Shown here piece by piece: positions 41,144 through 50,444 of a stretch of 64,000 bases of DNA. The notes below the pieces were generated by a model that searched no databases, was not told where the DNA came from, and saw only the letters and a program-made list of their open reading frames with translations. The DNA lies in the NCBI GenBank assembly GCA_963840455.1, contig CAWIYV010000011.1, forward strand, positions 768,001 to 832,000. The letters are read 5' to 3'. Numbering within the stretch: the first letter of the stretch is position 1; every line of letters begins with the position of its first letter. The DNA comes from Nitrospirota bacterium. GTDB lineage: Bacteria; Nitrospirota; UBA9217. Made by a program: the position numbers and the translations under genes.

Positions 41144-42538
41144 CTACAGCTCGAACTGCTGGCCCAGCTCGGGCACGTGGGTCAAGAACCCGTACCGTTC
41201 CCTTGCCAAGCCCGCAAAGAAGAGCGCTGCCTTTTCTTCGCCATGGGTCACGAAGACCGTCGGGCTGCTCCTGAACGCCGAAAGCCATGCAAGCAGCTCC
41301 TTCTGGTCGGCGTGGGCCGAGAACCCGCCGATGGTCCATACCCGGGCCCGGACCGCGATCTCCTCGCCCCAGATCAAGACCGACCGCGCACCGTCCACGA
41401 TCCGCCGGCCCAGCGTTCCCTGCGCCTGGAACCCGACGAAGATGATGCTGCACTCCGGCCGCCAGAGGTTGTGCTTCAGGTGATGTCCGATGCGCCCCCC
41501 TTCGCACATGCCGCTGCCCGCGACGATGATGGCCCGGGACGTGATCTTGTTGATGGCCATGGATTCCTCGATCGAGTGCGTGAACCGGACCGTGATCGCA
41601 TCGCCGATCCTGCCGCCCCTGAGCAGCCGCACGGCCTCCTCATCGAAGAGCTCGGGGTGGCTGAGGTAGATCCGTGTCGCCTTTTCCGCGAGCGGGCTGT
41701 CGATCGTGACGGTCAGCTTCGGCAGCGTCCCCTCGCGTACCAGCCGGTTGAGAAGATACAGAACATCCTGCGTGCGGCCGATGGCAAAGGCCGGGATGAG
41801 CACGTTCCCGCCCTTTGCGAAGGTGGTCGAGATCGCCTCGGCGAGCTCTGTGGCTGTATCCGCGCTGTTCTTGTGCAGCCGGTCGCCGTAGGTCGATTCC
41901 ATGACAACATAGTCGGCCTCTGTGGCGAGCGTAGGGTCGTTGATGATGGGGGTCCCCTTCTTGCCGATGTCGCCCGAGAAGATGATCTTCTTCTCGTTGT
42001 CCGGTGCGGCGAGCCAGAGCGCCAGGCTGCCGGAGCCGAGGATGTGGCCCGCGTCGAAAAAGCTGTACCGGACGCCCATGCCCGTGTCGAGGATCTGGCC
42101 GTACTTCACACGATCGATGAGCGGCAACACCTTCTCCACGTCTTCAGTCGTGTAAAGCGGCTCAACGGTTTCGCCGCCCTTCCGCAGCGACCGCCGGGAC
42201 ATCCGCTCGGCGTCGTTCTCCTGGATCTTCGCCGAGTCGAGCAGCATGGGGCCGATCAGGTCCGCCGTCGCCGTGGTCGTGATGATCCTGCCCCGGAAGC
42301 CCTCCTTCACCAGGCGGGGGATCAGGCCGGAGTGGTCGAGGTGCGCGTGGGTCAGGAAGAGGAGGTCGACCCCTTTTGGATCAAAGGCGAAGGGCTCGCG
42401 GTTCCGGTCGTGGGAATCGCTCGCGCCCTGCACGATCCCGCAGTCAACGAGGAACTTTCCCTTCGTCAGGGTCAGCAGGTAGCAGGAGCCGGTCACCGCG
42501 CGCGCAGCGCCGAGAAAACGGATGGTACCGATGCTCAT
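41144..42538 (-). CDS. MBL-fold beta-CASP ribonuclease-like protein
   Basis: LGAA..VTGS, DCG, THAHLDHSG, AGHILGS, ESTYG, SGMCEGG, GFSAHAD; SD GGAGG. Confidence 0.92.
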   Translation of the reverse strand: MSIGTIRFLGAARAVTGSCYLLTLTKGKFLVDCGIVQGASDSHDRNREPFAFDPKGVDLLFLTHAHLDHSGLIPRLVKEGFRGRIITTTATADLIGPMLLDSAKIQENDAERMSRRSLRKGGETVEPLYTTEDVEKVLPLIDRVKYGQILDTGMGVRYSFFDAGHILGSGSLALWLAAPDNEKKIIFSGDIGKKGTPIINDPTLATEADYVVMESTYGDRLHKNSADTATELAEAISTTFAKGGNVLIPAFAIGRTQDVLYLLNRLVREGTLPKLTVTIDSPLAEKATRIYLSHPELFDEEAVRLLRGGRIGDAITVRFTHSIEESMAINKITSRAIIVAGSGMCEGGRIGHHLKHNLWRPECSIIFVGFQAQGTLGRRIVDGARSVLIWGEEIAVRARVWTIGGFSAHADQKELLAWLSAFRSSPTVFVTHGEEKAALFFAGLARERYGFLTHVPELGQQFEL

Positions 42539-43039
42539 GATGACCTCCTCGGGCGGACCACTGCAATACAAGAACGCAAGCCAGACCCGGAGCAGTCACA
42601 GCAAATTGCACCGCAAAGGTCGCTGAGACCGCTGAGGTCTGAAGCGTTCATTCAATCAAATTACTGCTCTGCGCGCTTTGCGTTTTCTGCGGCTGCAGTA
42701 AGACACTTTTTCGCTTTGCCTCTGTTATTATTCCTGTTAAGACCTGTCCATCCGTGGCGAAGTTATTTTCTCGCCGCCGCAATGGACATGTCTTTGGTCA
42801 AGATCTTTGCTATTCGAGGCAATCATAACAATCAAGCGTCATATGTTACCCACTTGTTCTGGAGATGACCCATCATAGAAAGGGTACCTCCTACGATGTT
42901 CCCGCTCTTGGCAAATTATACCCCACTTATCGCCGAGGGAGTACAGGGTTTTGATAACTGATCGTTACGTGGCGGGAATCCTGGGTAGTGATATATCCGA
43001 AGAGAATAGACAGCGGGAGCTTCCGAGATCGAAAATCTA

Positions 43040-43048
43040 TGCTATACT
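43040..43048 (+). promoter_or_regulatory. Extended -10 promoter upstream of 6S-like copy 2
   Basis: TGcTATACT, with TTCCGA 16 nt upstream. Confidence 0.5.
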
Positions 43049-43086
43049 ATTATTTAGATGCAGAGCATCATTCGAGTTTAGCCGTT

Positions 43087-43244
43087 TGCCTTGGGTTTTG
43101 AGGGGAGAGGTACCGTAGTATACAGAACGCCTCTATGCATCATGCGGTGTGCAAGCCCTCACAAGCTGTAAAGAGGGAAGCCTAAAGCATCTGCTGAGGC
43201 AAATACTTTGGAACCAGCCTCGCAAATACTCAAAACTCAAGGCA
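43087..43244 (+). ncRNA. 6S RNA-like rod, copy 2
   Basis: TGCCTTGGGTTTTGAG/CTCAAAACTCAAGGCA closing stem, central bubble, GTGTGCAAGCCCTC..GAGGGAAGCCTAAAG apical motif, TTGGAACC, then a T run. Confidence 0.65.
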
Positions 43245-43427
43245 TGCTTTTTCTCTCCTTCATCGGTTCTTTCCTGGTATAAGACCTCATGCCCCATTCC
43301 GCACTCCGTATTTGATCACATCCCTGTCACCGCGTCTCCGTGCCGGTTGTCTTGCGGGAGATGACGTCGGGATCGGGTAGGTTGTCGGAGGCTTCGAGGG
43401 ATTCTTCTGTCAATGAAAAAGCTGATT

Positions 43428-43620
43428 GTCAAACCGCAAGACCTGGCCCTAAAGGTTCCTGACACTCTTACGGCGTCTATGCGGCCCGCTTTCCCTGCAA
43501 CGGCTTAATCCCGTCGATCGTCTTTTGGATGCGGTTGTAAGGCGGGTCCGGCTGTCGGTTTGGATGAGGGAGGAAGGGAACAAGAATCGGCAGACGTCAA
43601 ACATTATAGACCTGGCCCTA
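43428..43620. repeat. Two direct REP-like units GTCAAA..AGACCTGGCCCTA
   Basis: Units at 43428-43451 and 43596-43620. Confidence 0.55.
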
Positions 43621-43646
43621 AGATGATCCTGATGTCAATTTCTCCA

Positions 43647-43913
43647 TTAAATTTTATGCTTTTTCAGTGCAGCGATTAACGCCACGTATGCTATGTTGGT
43701 TGCCGACAGAAGCGGGACCGCAATAAAGGCCCCGATAGGTCCCGTTTTTTCTAACGCCTCGCAAACGGTAAAAGACAGAATGAGAAAAGGTACAGCAAAA
43801 GGAATCATGATCATCCATAGGCGGGGGATGAAAGCATACACGTCTATTGCGGAAAAATCTTGCGATTGATCCTTATGCGATCGATTGATCTCCATTGTTT
43901 CTCTATCATCCAT
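43647..43913 (-). CDS. Small membrane protein
   Basis: MDDRETMEINRS..., 2 hydrophobic segments, AT-rich. Confidence 0.55.
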   Translation of the reverse strand: MDDRETMEINRSHKDQSQDFSAIDVYAFIPRLWMIMIPFAVPFLILSFTVCEALEKTGPIGAFIAVPLLSATNIAYVALIAALKKHKI

Positions 43914-44053
43914 GTCCTGTCTCCTCTCGGCGTATTTTCTGAATGAGCGTGCTGCGGGGGAGGGAGGGAAGGGAGGAGCGCGTTTCGCCTCCCTAGTCAA
44001 TCCTCTGTCGCAGCATGATCGCACCATGACCTTCGAAGCGCTGGGATGGGTAA

Positions 44054-44216
44054 CTACTCTCCGCAGGCCTTCGCAAGATAATCGGCAAGAACCTCGAGCA
44101 CATCATCAGAGATGGCACAGGTGTCCTCGCTGTCTCTTTCTGAGCGCCAGCGCCCAGCCCATGCGGTCGCTTGCCAAGTCCTTGAAGTTCGTCGACTTGT
44201 GGCCTTCGTGCCTCAT
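44054..44216 (-). pseudogene. Degenerate duplicate of the 44920 monoheme cytochrome
   Basis: ..HK..NFKD..SDR.GW...DTCAISD..LEVLADYLA..GE*; CXXCH lost, +1 frameshift. Confidence 0.75.
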
Positions 44217-44264
44217 TAGGTTGATCTGGATCTTTTATTCCATCAGATACTCATCCAGTTCAGC

Positions 44265-44693
44265 TCAGGCCAGCATTTCCCCGCCATCGAGCAGCATTGC
44301 AACGTTGAGCGGCACAAAGGGCTTGACGATGAAGTCGTTCGCCCCTGCCTTCAGGAACGGCCCTCCCATGTCCAGGCTGCTCATCCCGATGATCACGACA
44401 AGGGCCGGCTGGACGGCCCTGAGCCGCCGTACGAGCTCGATGCCGTGCATTCCCGGCATCTTGAAATCGGTGATGATGTAGTCATAGTACCCGTTCATCG
44501 CAGCCTGAAGCGCGTCGTTGCCGTTCTCGCAGAGGGTCACCTCCATATTATAGGAGCTCAAGGCGTAGTTCAGCCCGTCTCGCACATCTTTGTCGTCATC
44601 TACGATCAGCACACTGGGCCTGTCATGCATGCTGATCTCCCAAGGCGATAGATCCATAACTTCCTGTATTTCTTGCATATATTCTCCTTTCAT
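44265..44693 (-). CDS. Single-domain response regulator (start uncertain)
   Basis: LIVDDD, ITDFKMPGMHG, GANDFIVKP. Confidence 0.88.
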   Translation of the reverse strand: MKGEYMQEIQEVMDLSPWEISMHDRPSVLIVDDDKDVRDGLNYALSSYNMEVTLCENGNDALQAAMNGYYDYIITDFKMPGMHGIELVRRLRAVQPALVVIIGMSSLDMGGPFLKAGANDFIVKPFVPLNVAMLLDGGEMLA

Positions 44694-44849
44694 CTACGAG
44701 ATACAAATAAAATCTGTTTATACAATATTAATTAGTTGAAATATACCAAAAAATGCATTCCTTTGCAAGCTAATAATCGTGTTATTTTTAGGGTAGAGCC
44801 GGGTGGGAATCAAGGTCCGGGGACCGGATGAGCCTTTGACAAAAACCTT

Positions 44850-44898
44850 AGGGTCAAATCTTTACTGTCATGAATATCGATAATAAAGATTTGACCCT
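44850..44898. repeat. REP-like inverted pair
   Basis: Perfect 15-bp IR AGGGTCAAATCTTTA/TAAAGATTTGACCCT. Confidence 0.7.
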
Positions 44899-44919
44899 CG
44901 TGTGGTCGGGGACGCGTTT

Positions 44920-45204
44920 CTACTCCCCGTAGTTCTCCGCAAGATAATCGGCAAGGACCTCGAGGTCAGCATCCGAGATGGCACAGGTGTCGCGCTGCAT
45001 CCTGCTCAGCGTGAGTACCCAGCCCTTGCGGTCGCTCGTCTGGTCCTTGAACTTCGGCTTCTTGTGGCATTTCAGGCACTTCTGCTCGAACAGGGACTTA
45101 CCGTCCAGTTGCCTCGCTTTTTCCCCGCCAAAAGCGTTCGGCAGCATCAGCATCGCAGCAGCTGCCAGTATTGCAACTACGATGAAACTGATCGTTCTTT
45201 TCAT
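44920..45204 (-). CDS. Small monoheme cytochrome c
   Basis: Signal peptide, LFEQKCLKCH, W..TL.RM (candidate distal Met), LADYL; SD AGGAGG. Confidence 0.85.
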   Translation of the reverse strand: MKRTISFIVVAILAAAAMLMLPNAFGGEKARQLDGKSLFEQKCLKCHKKPKFKDQTSDRKGWVLTLSRMQRDTCAISDADLEVLADYLAENYGE

Positions 45205-45998
45205 TTCGTGCCTCCTTTGGCTGATCTGGATTATTTAAATCCTCTGATGCTTGTCCCGCTGCCGCCCATTGACCGTCATTATTTACAGATAATATCTGTG
45301 CATGCAATTATTATTTGTTTAACTATAGCAAAGAATGGCCCATTTGGCAAGGTAAGACTCGGATTAGTTTGGGGTAGAGCCGGTTCGGAACCAAGGGACG
45401 ACTGCCAGAGGGGCCTTTAACAGGGATGATCGGGACCATCTGGCGAAGAGGCCTGAGGGGCCCTTTTCCTGTTCATGCTCTTTCAGGGCGTACTCAGGGT
45501 CCTCAGGTTCAGGAATGTGGTCTCACGACGGAGGAGAGGGCAATGTCAACAGTAAAGACCTGATAATATAAGGGGACGCTACCCGAGCATGCCTGAGTAA
45601 TCTCCTTGGAGGTGCAAATCGTCCCACCCTTTTATAGCGTTCTCAGCATCTTAACCGCCCATGTCGCGAGCCACCTTGGGGCTGGTTAACAACCACGAGG
45701 CCTGAACAAACATTTGGACACGGCCTGGAACCGAAGATTTTCCGGTCCGCCATGAGGCGGAAAGGGTCACAGGATCAATGTTTCACCATCGTGACATTAA
45801 TCTCGATGGGTGACTGGTGCAGGAGAGACTGACATCGAAACCGAATGAAACTACAGCAGCGGGAGAGATCCGGAGAACGAAAGGTTGGACGCTCGCCCCT
45901 AGGATAGCTTTTTCTCCTTGGCGGTGCCTTTTAATGGGTGACCCCTTACGCCCTTCTTGCCTTTGGCACATGCTTGTATCCCAAAGGTAAGGCTGTTT

Positions 45999-46874
45999 TC
46001 ATTTACACGGTGAAGTGCTTTGATCAATCGCAAGGACCGCTCCGCTCGTCATCTCTAGCAGACTTGCCGCCACAGTATCCTCGCAACTTTCCCTTCCCGG
46101 GAGTCCCCTCCTATTGCGCTCGGATGTGACCGCAAACAGATGGGTGGCGCCGGTCCTGCTGTAAATTTTCTTCCGGCCTTCTTCCGAAGCCAGCCCGGCC
46201 ATTTTCAACCGGTACTCATCGACAATCCCCTCCAGGAGCGCTCCGTCTACAAATGATACATTATCCTGAAGGGGCATGTTATTGAGCGTATTGTTTTCGA
46301 TGTCCCTTCGGATTTGCCTGCTCCTATCCTCCTGCCAGAGAAAAGACCTCTCGCCCGTATTGTTCCTGACATTCGTGACAACGACAGCCAGATTGATCCG
46401 CTGTTCGCCGATGACCGAAAGTTCATAGATCTTGTGCGCCGAAGGGGGCGACATAAAATATAATTTCGGCTTGATGGTGAACGAGAGCCTTTTGCCATCG
46501 CGCCTTACCAGAAAGCGGACATCTTCATCATTGTTCATGCGCATGAATTTGAGAAATTCCCCGTAGGGAAGTATCTTGTCGTTGACGGCTGTAATCACAT
46601 CTCCCGTCCGCATGCCAGCGGCCATTGCCGGAGAATCTGGATCGATAGCATCAATGAGCAATCGGCCCTCGACCGCTTTCACAACGATGCCCGCGCCGTA
46701 AACCGGCATATCATTGTTCGACGCCGTACGCCGCGGATATTGCTCCCCTGGGCGATGCTCGGCGCAAGCAATAAGACAAAGCAGGCAAACCGCGGCAACA
46801 AGCAGTCTATGGTTATACAAGCGGACCCTCCCTGGAGTGTATTGCTGGGGATTGTAGAGAAAATGCAAGGCCAA
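45999..46874 (-). CDS. PDZ-domain (lipo)protein
   Basis: Candidate lipobox LIAC; GAGI, DSPA..AGM..GDVITAVN. Confidence 0.75.
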   Translation of the reverse strand: MALHFLYNPQQYTPGRVRLYNHRLLVAAVCLLCLIACAEHRPGEQYPRRTASNNDMPVYGAGIVVKAVEGRLLIDAIDPDSPAMAAGMRTGDVITAVNDKILPYGEFLKFMRMNNDEDVRFLVRRDGKRLSFTIKPKLYFMSPPSAHKIYELSVIGEQRINLAVVVTNVRNNTGERSFLWQEDRSRQIRRDIENNTLNNMPLQDNVSFVDGALLEGIVDEYRLKMAGLASEEGRKKIYSRTGATHLFAVTSERNRRGLPGRESCEDTVAASLLEMTSGAVLAIDQSTSPCK

Positions 46875-46935
46875 GTCAACGGGGAATGAGTGGACAGCAA
46901 TGTGATAGGAGCCGGTCTTCTTTCCTCACCCTGGT

Positions 46936-47042
46936 TTCAGTTCCCTACGGATAACTGCATGGAGCTTCAATCCTCAGGGTAGTTTTTATTCTAATCGCTC
47001 ACGAACCCCCGCAACTTCTACGGAAGGTGCGCTCGCTCCTGG
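46936..47042 (-). mobile_element. Repeat family A, degenerate full-length copy
   Basis: ATCCTCAGGGTAGT..ATTCTAATCGCTC..GCGCTCGCTCCTGG|ATTCA. Confidence 0.7.
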
Positions 47043-47168
47043 ATTCACGGGATGCAGGGGCCTCTTTATATCGTCTTCATTCCTGTCGTGATCTTTTAAG
47101 GTTACCATCCGGCTTGACATCGGGGGCGGGCTTCCCTACACTTGAGGAGAACAGGACAGGAGAGAGCC

Positions 47169-47870
47169 ATGGAACAACGGACATTCCTTATCGTGGACAG
47201 CAAGGCAACGTCGATCTTCTACACGGCGTCGCTGCTCAGGAAGCTCCGCTATATCGTCCGGACCGCGCCGTCGGGCGAGGAAGCCCTCGAGCTGATCACC
47301 CGGTCCGCGCCGACCTGCGTCATCACGGAGACCGCCCTCCCGAAGATGAGCGGCCTCGATCTGCTCGAACGGATCAAGGGCAATGCGGGCCTGCGGTTCA
47401 TCCCCGTCATCGTCAGCACTGCCGACGGAAGCGAGACGCTGCGTGATGCCTGCATGAAGGCCGGCTGCGCCGCCTACTTCGTCAAGCCCCTGGATCCGGA
47501 AGCGCTCTACCAGGCCATCCAGGCGGCCTCCGAGGCGACGCCGCGAAAGAACATCCGCATCATTGCGTCCCTCAAGTGCCGGGTCGGGGCCAGGACCGAG
47601 GACGTGACGAGCATTTCCGTCGGAGGGCTCTACATCCGTTGCGTGTCGCCCGAGCCGGTGCATGCCCCGCTCGCGGTCACCCTGCTGCTCGGCGGCCGCG
47701 AGATCGCGGCGAAGGCCGTGGTCCTCTACAGCTCTAACAAGGCGGGCGGGATCCACCCCTTCCCCGGCATGGGCGTCAAATTCACCGAGATCGGTACAGC
47801 GGACGTGCAGAACATTAGCGAGTTCATCAGGGCGGAACTGATGAAGGACCTTGGGGATCGGAAGGCTTAG
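47169..47870 (+). CDS. Receiver-like + PilZ domain protein
   Basis: Receiver fold (LPKMSG, VKP); RKNIR and SISVGG PilZ motifs, GMGVKF. Confidence 0.82.
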   Translation: MEQRTFLIVDSKATSIFYTASLLRKLRYIVRTAPSGEEALELITRSAPTCVITETALPKMSGLDLLERIKGNAGLRFIPVIVSTADGSETLRDACMKAGCAAYFVKPLDPEALYQAIQAASEATPRKNIRIIASLKCRVGARTEDVTSISVGGLYIRCVSPEPVHAPLAVTLLLGGREIAAKAVVLYSSNKAGGIHPFPGMGVKFTEIGTADVQNISEFIRAELMKDLGDRKA

Positions 47871-47982
47871 CTTGCTGCACGGAAGCGGTCACCGCAGGCA
47901 GCAAACCCGGGAAGTTCTCCTCCACAGACCGCATTCCGAATTCCGCATAGCTGTTTCCTAGAGGAGTTTGAAGCGGCAGGCC

Positions 47983-48079
47983 CATACGAAAATTTAGGTG
48001 GGTGACCGAGGACGAGGGTTAAACATTTCGGATGTCCGAAGCCCGAAGGGCAAGTTTCCGAAATACGCCGAGAACGACC
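47983..48079 (+). repeat. Repeat family B
   Basis: 78/82 nt identical to the reverse complement of 58116-58197. Confidence 0.8.
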
Positions 48080-48225
48080 CCGCTCGCCTCTTCTTTCCGC
48101 GGGACGTTTTGTGTGAGTCCGCGCAGGGTACTCTCGGTGAAGAGAACAGGCCATAATGGCCGGACCGCAACAGGTTGAGTTCAGTTCGACAATCGGCGCT
48201 GAGAGCAATCGCGACAGGTTTGGCA

Positions 48226-48594
48226 ATGATCATCTATAGGATACTGGAGGAAGAGGGCATCGTCATCATTGAACCTTCAGGTCCGATCACGCGATCGGAC
48301 CTTGAAGCGCTCACGAGGGACGTAGACAACTATGTCAGGCAAAAGGGAATGATCAGGGGCATGATCATACATACACGATCATTCCCGCGGTGGCATGATC
48401 CCGGCGCCTTTCTCAAAGACATGAAGTTCGTCTTTGCTCATCAGCGCAAGATACAACGGGTTGCATCAGTTACGGACTCAAAACTGTTATTCATCGTTCA
48501 CAGCATAGCACGCCATGTGTTCTCGCCTCAAATAAGACATTTCTCGTATGGAGAAATGGAAGCAGCACTAACGTGGATACGGGAAAAGCGGTGA
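48226..48594 (+). CDS. SpoIIAA-like (STAS/SEC14) domain protein
   Basis: GPIT..D, F..W, H..KI.RVASVTD, IRHF...E...A..WI. Confidence 0.82.
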   Translation: MIIYRILEEEGIVIIEPSGPITRSDLEALTRDVDNYVRQKGMIRGMIIHTRSFPRWHDPGAFLKDMKFVFAHQRKIQRVASVTDSKLLFIVHSIARHVFSPQIRHFSYGEMEAALTWIREKR

Positions 48595-48777
48595 CGAGAA
48601 GGTCAGGTAAGGGACATTGGAGTATCTTAGGGACGTTGTTTATAAGCTTGCTTTCTCATCCGCCGTTGCTTAGTTCCTGATAAAGTACAGAGAGAAACAA
48701 CATCCCTAAAAGCTCCCAGCACCGGATCTGCCCTATGAAATACTTGTCATCGGAGGTTGCAACGATTCGAAATAATT

Positions 48778-50229
48778 TCAGGGTTGACGCACCGCACCGC
48801 TGTAAAAGACCTCGCATTTGCCGCCTTGAAGAAAGCGTTTTGTCTTCCTGAAAAGGTGAGAGATCTGGCCGCCAAGGGACACGAATGCGCTCACCCCGCT
48901 GATCCGGGGACTGTCGAAGGGACCGCTGACGCTTTGTTTGAATGTTGCGCATCCCTTGTCATCGAGAATCGCCACGGTTACATTATCATATCGTTCACTG
49001 ACAAGATCGAGCTTGCCTTTCAGAGCGACACGATGATGGTGCGTCGCAAGGGCGCAGTCCGTGGCGTCTGCAACACCGTCCTTGATTTTCCAGTGGGAGA
49101 TGAACTGCGTGATGGCACCCGACCCTTCCTGGGCCAGGTGATACACGTCCCAATAACGGTACCCCTTGAGCGAAGCGGTACTGAGCGTCAGCGCAGCGGT
49201 ACCGAGGGGGCCGGCGACGAAGAAAGCGCCGAGGTCGACGAGATCGAACTGCTGGCTCGTCTCATACGATGAGAGGACCTTGTCGAGGTCCATCATAAAC
49301 ATGACAAGATTATCACCCCGGAGAGAGAACGTCCCGTCTACGCTGCTCATCAGGGTGCGGCTTCTTTTCTCTTTCATCGTCAGGGAAGCATACAGCTCGC
49401 CTTTGCCGCCGATCACCTTATGGGTGCCGAGGGACTCCTCAAGTTTTTCGAAGTCCAGATTCGATGCCTTCAAATTGATCTTATACACAGCATCGGCTCC
49501 CGACTCATCTGCCGTGGCATCTCCCTCGCCCTTCGCGCCGAAGATATCCATGGTAAGGGGTTTGAGATAGATTACCCCCTTCGCTGCTTGCATAGGACTC
49601 TTGACATTGTCGATCTTAAGGTCCTTTATCCGCACCTCCTTGCAGTCCATGTTTCCCGTGAATGAGGCGTTCTTTATACCGTCCCCTGCGGTGTTCTCGA
49701 GCGAGAGGTCATTGATTGCCAGATGGAGACCCCTCAACTCGGTCTTTTCTCCCGTCTTCTGGTCAAGATAGACCAGCGCCCCCTGCGACAGCCTGATTAC
49801 TTTCAAACGGGAAACTGCTCCCATCGCCGCTTCGGTCGATTTCTTTTCAGCATATTCAAAATTATATTTCCCCTTATCGTCCTTCACGATGGTGACCGTC
49901 GGCTTGACAAGCTCGCATCGGGTAACCTTGATCTGCTTCTTCAGCAGGGGGATCACCTCCACGCCCAGCTTGAGTTTATTGAGGGAAAGGATCTCGCCTC
50001 TCTTGCCGGCGACATGGATATCATGAGCTGATACGCCAAAGGGGAATAACGAGAGCCTTATCTTCCCATTGATCCTGACCTCCAGGCCGGTCGCCTCTGA
50101 TGCCGCGGTTTCGATGCGGGACTTGTACGAATTGATATCGAATAGGAGGACAACGACAATTGCGGCGATCACGATCAGAGCGGCGGCGATGCCCGCGATC
50201 AACAGAACTTTTTTCCTTTGCGCTTTCAT
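48778..50229 (-). CDS. AsmA family protein
   Basis: N-terminal TM, FDIN.YK..IE..ASEATG....I.G.I.LSLFP, GKYNF. Confidence 0.82.
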   Translation of the reverse strand: MKAQRKKVLLIAGIAAALIVIAAIVVVLLFDINSYKSRIETAASEATGLEVRINGKIRLSLFPFGVSAHDIHVAGKRGEILSLNKLKLGVEVIPLLKKQIKVTRCELVKPTVTIVKDDKGKYNFEYAEKKSTEAAMGAVSRLKVIRLSQGALVYLDQKTGEKTELRGLHLAINDLSLENTAGDGIKNASFTGNMDCKEVRIKDLKIDNVKSPMQAAKGVIYLKPLTMDIFGAKGEGDATADESGADAVYKINLKASNLDFEKLEESLGTHKVIGGKGELYASLTMKEKRSRTLMSSVDGTFSLRGDNLVMFMMDLDKVLSSYETSQQFDLVDLGAFFVAGPLGTAALTLSTASLKGYRYWDVYHLAQEGSGAITQFISHWKIKDGVADATDCALATHHHRVALKGKLDLVSERYDNVTVAILDDKGCATFKQSVSGPFDSPRISGVSAFVSLGGQISHLFRKTKRFLQGGKCEVFYSGAVRQP

Positions 50230-50444
50230 GGCCCTCACTCCGTGCAAAACATCTCATTTTCTTGATTATATACAGACTTGCTCGTCCTGTATAGTCCCGT
50301 GCAAGGTATGAGCTTCAGGCGGTGTGACGCGGCAATAGATCAGGAGGAAGGCTGTATCAGGCGTGATTCCGCAGGATAGCCATCCCCGCCCTGTCGGCAG
50401 AACACCATGAATACGTTTTCATCATTTTTGGGGTTGTCCAAAAT

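Noticed and set aside
42800-42835. IRGNHNNQ as a second RAYT fragment
   Set aside because: Too short, with no flanking similarity.
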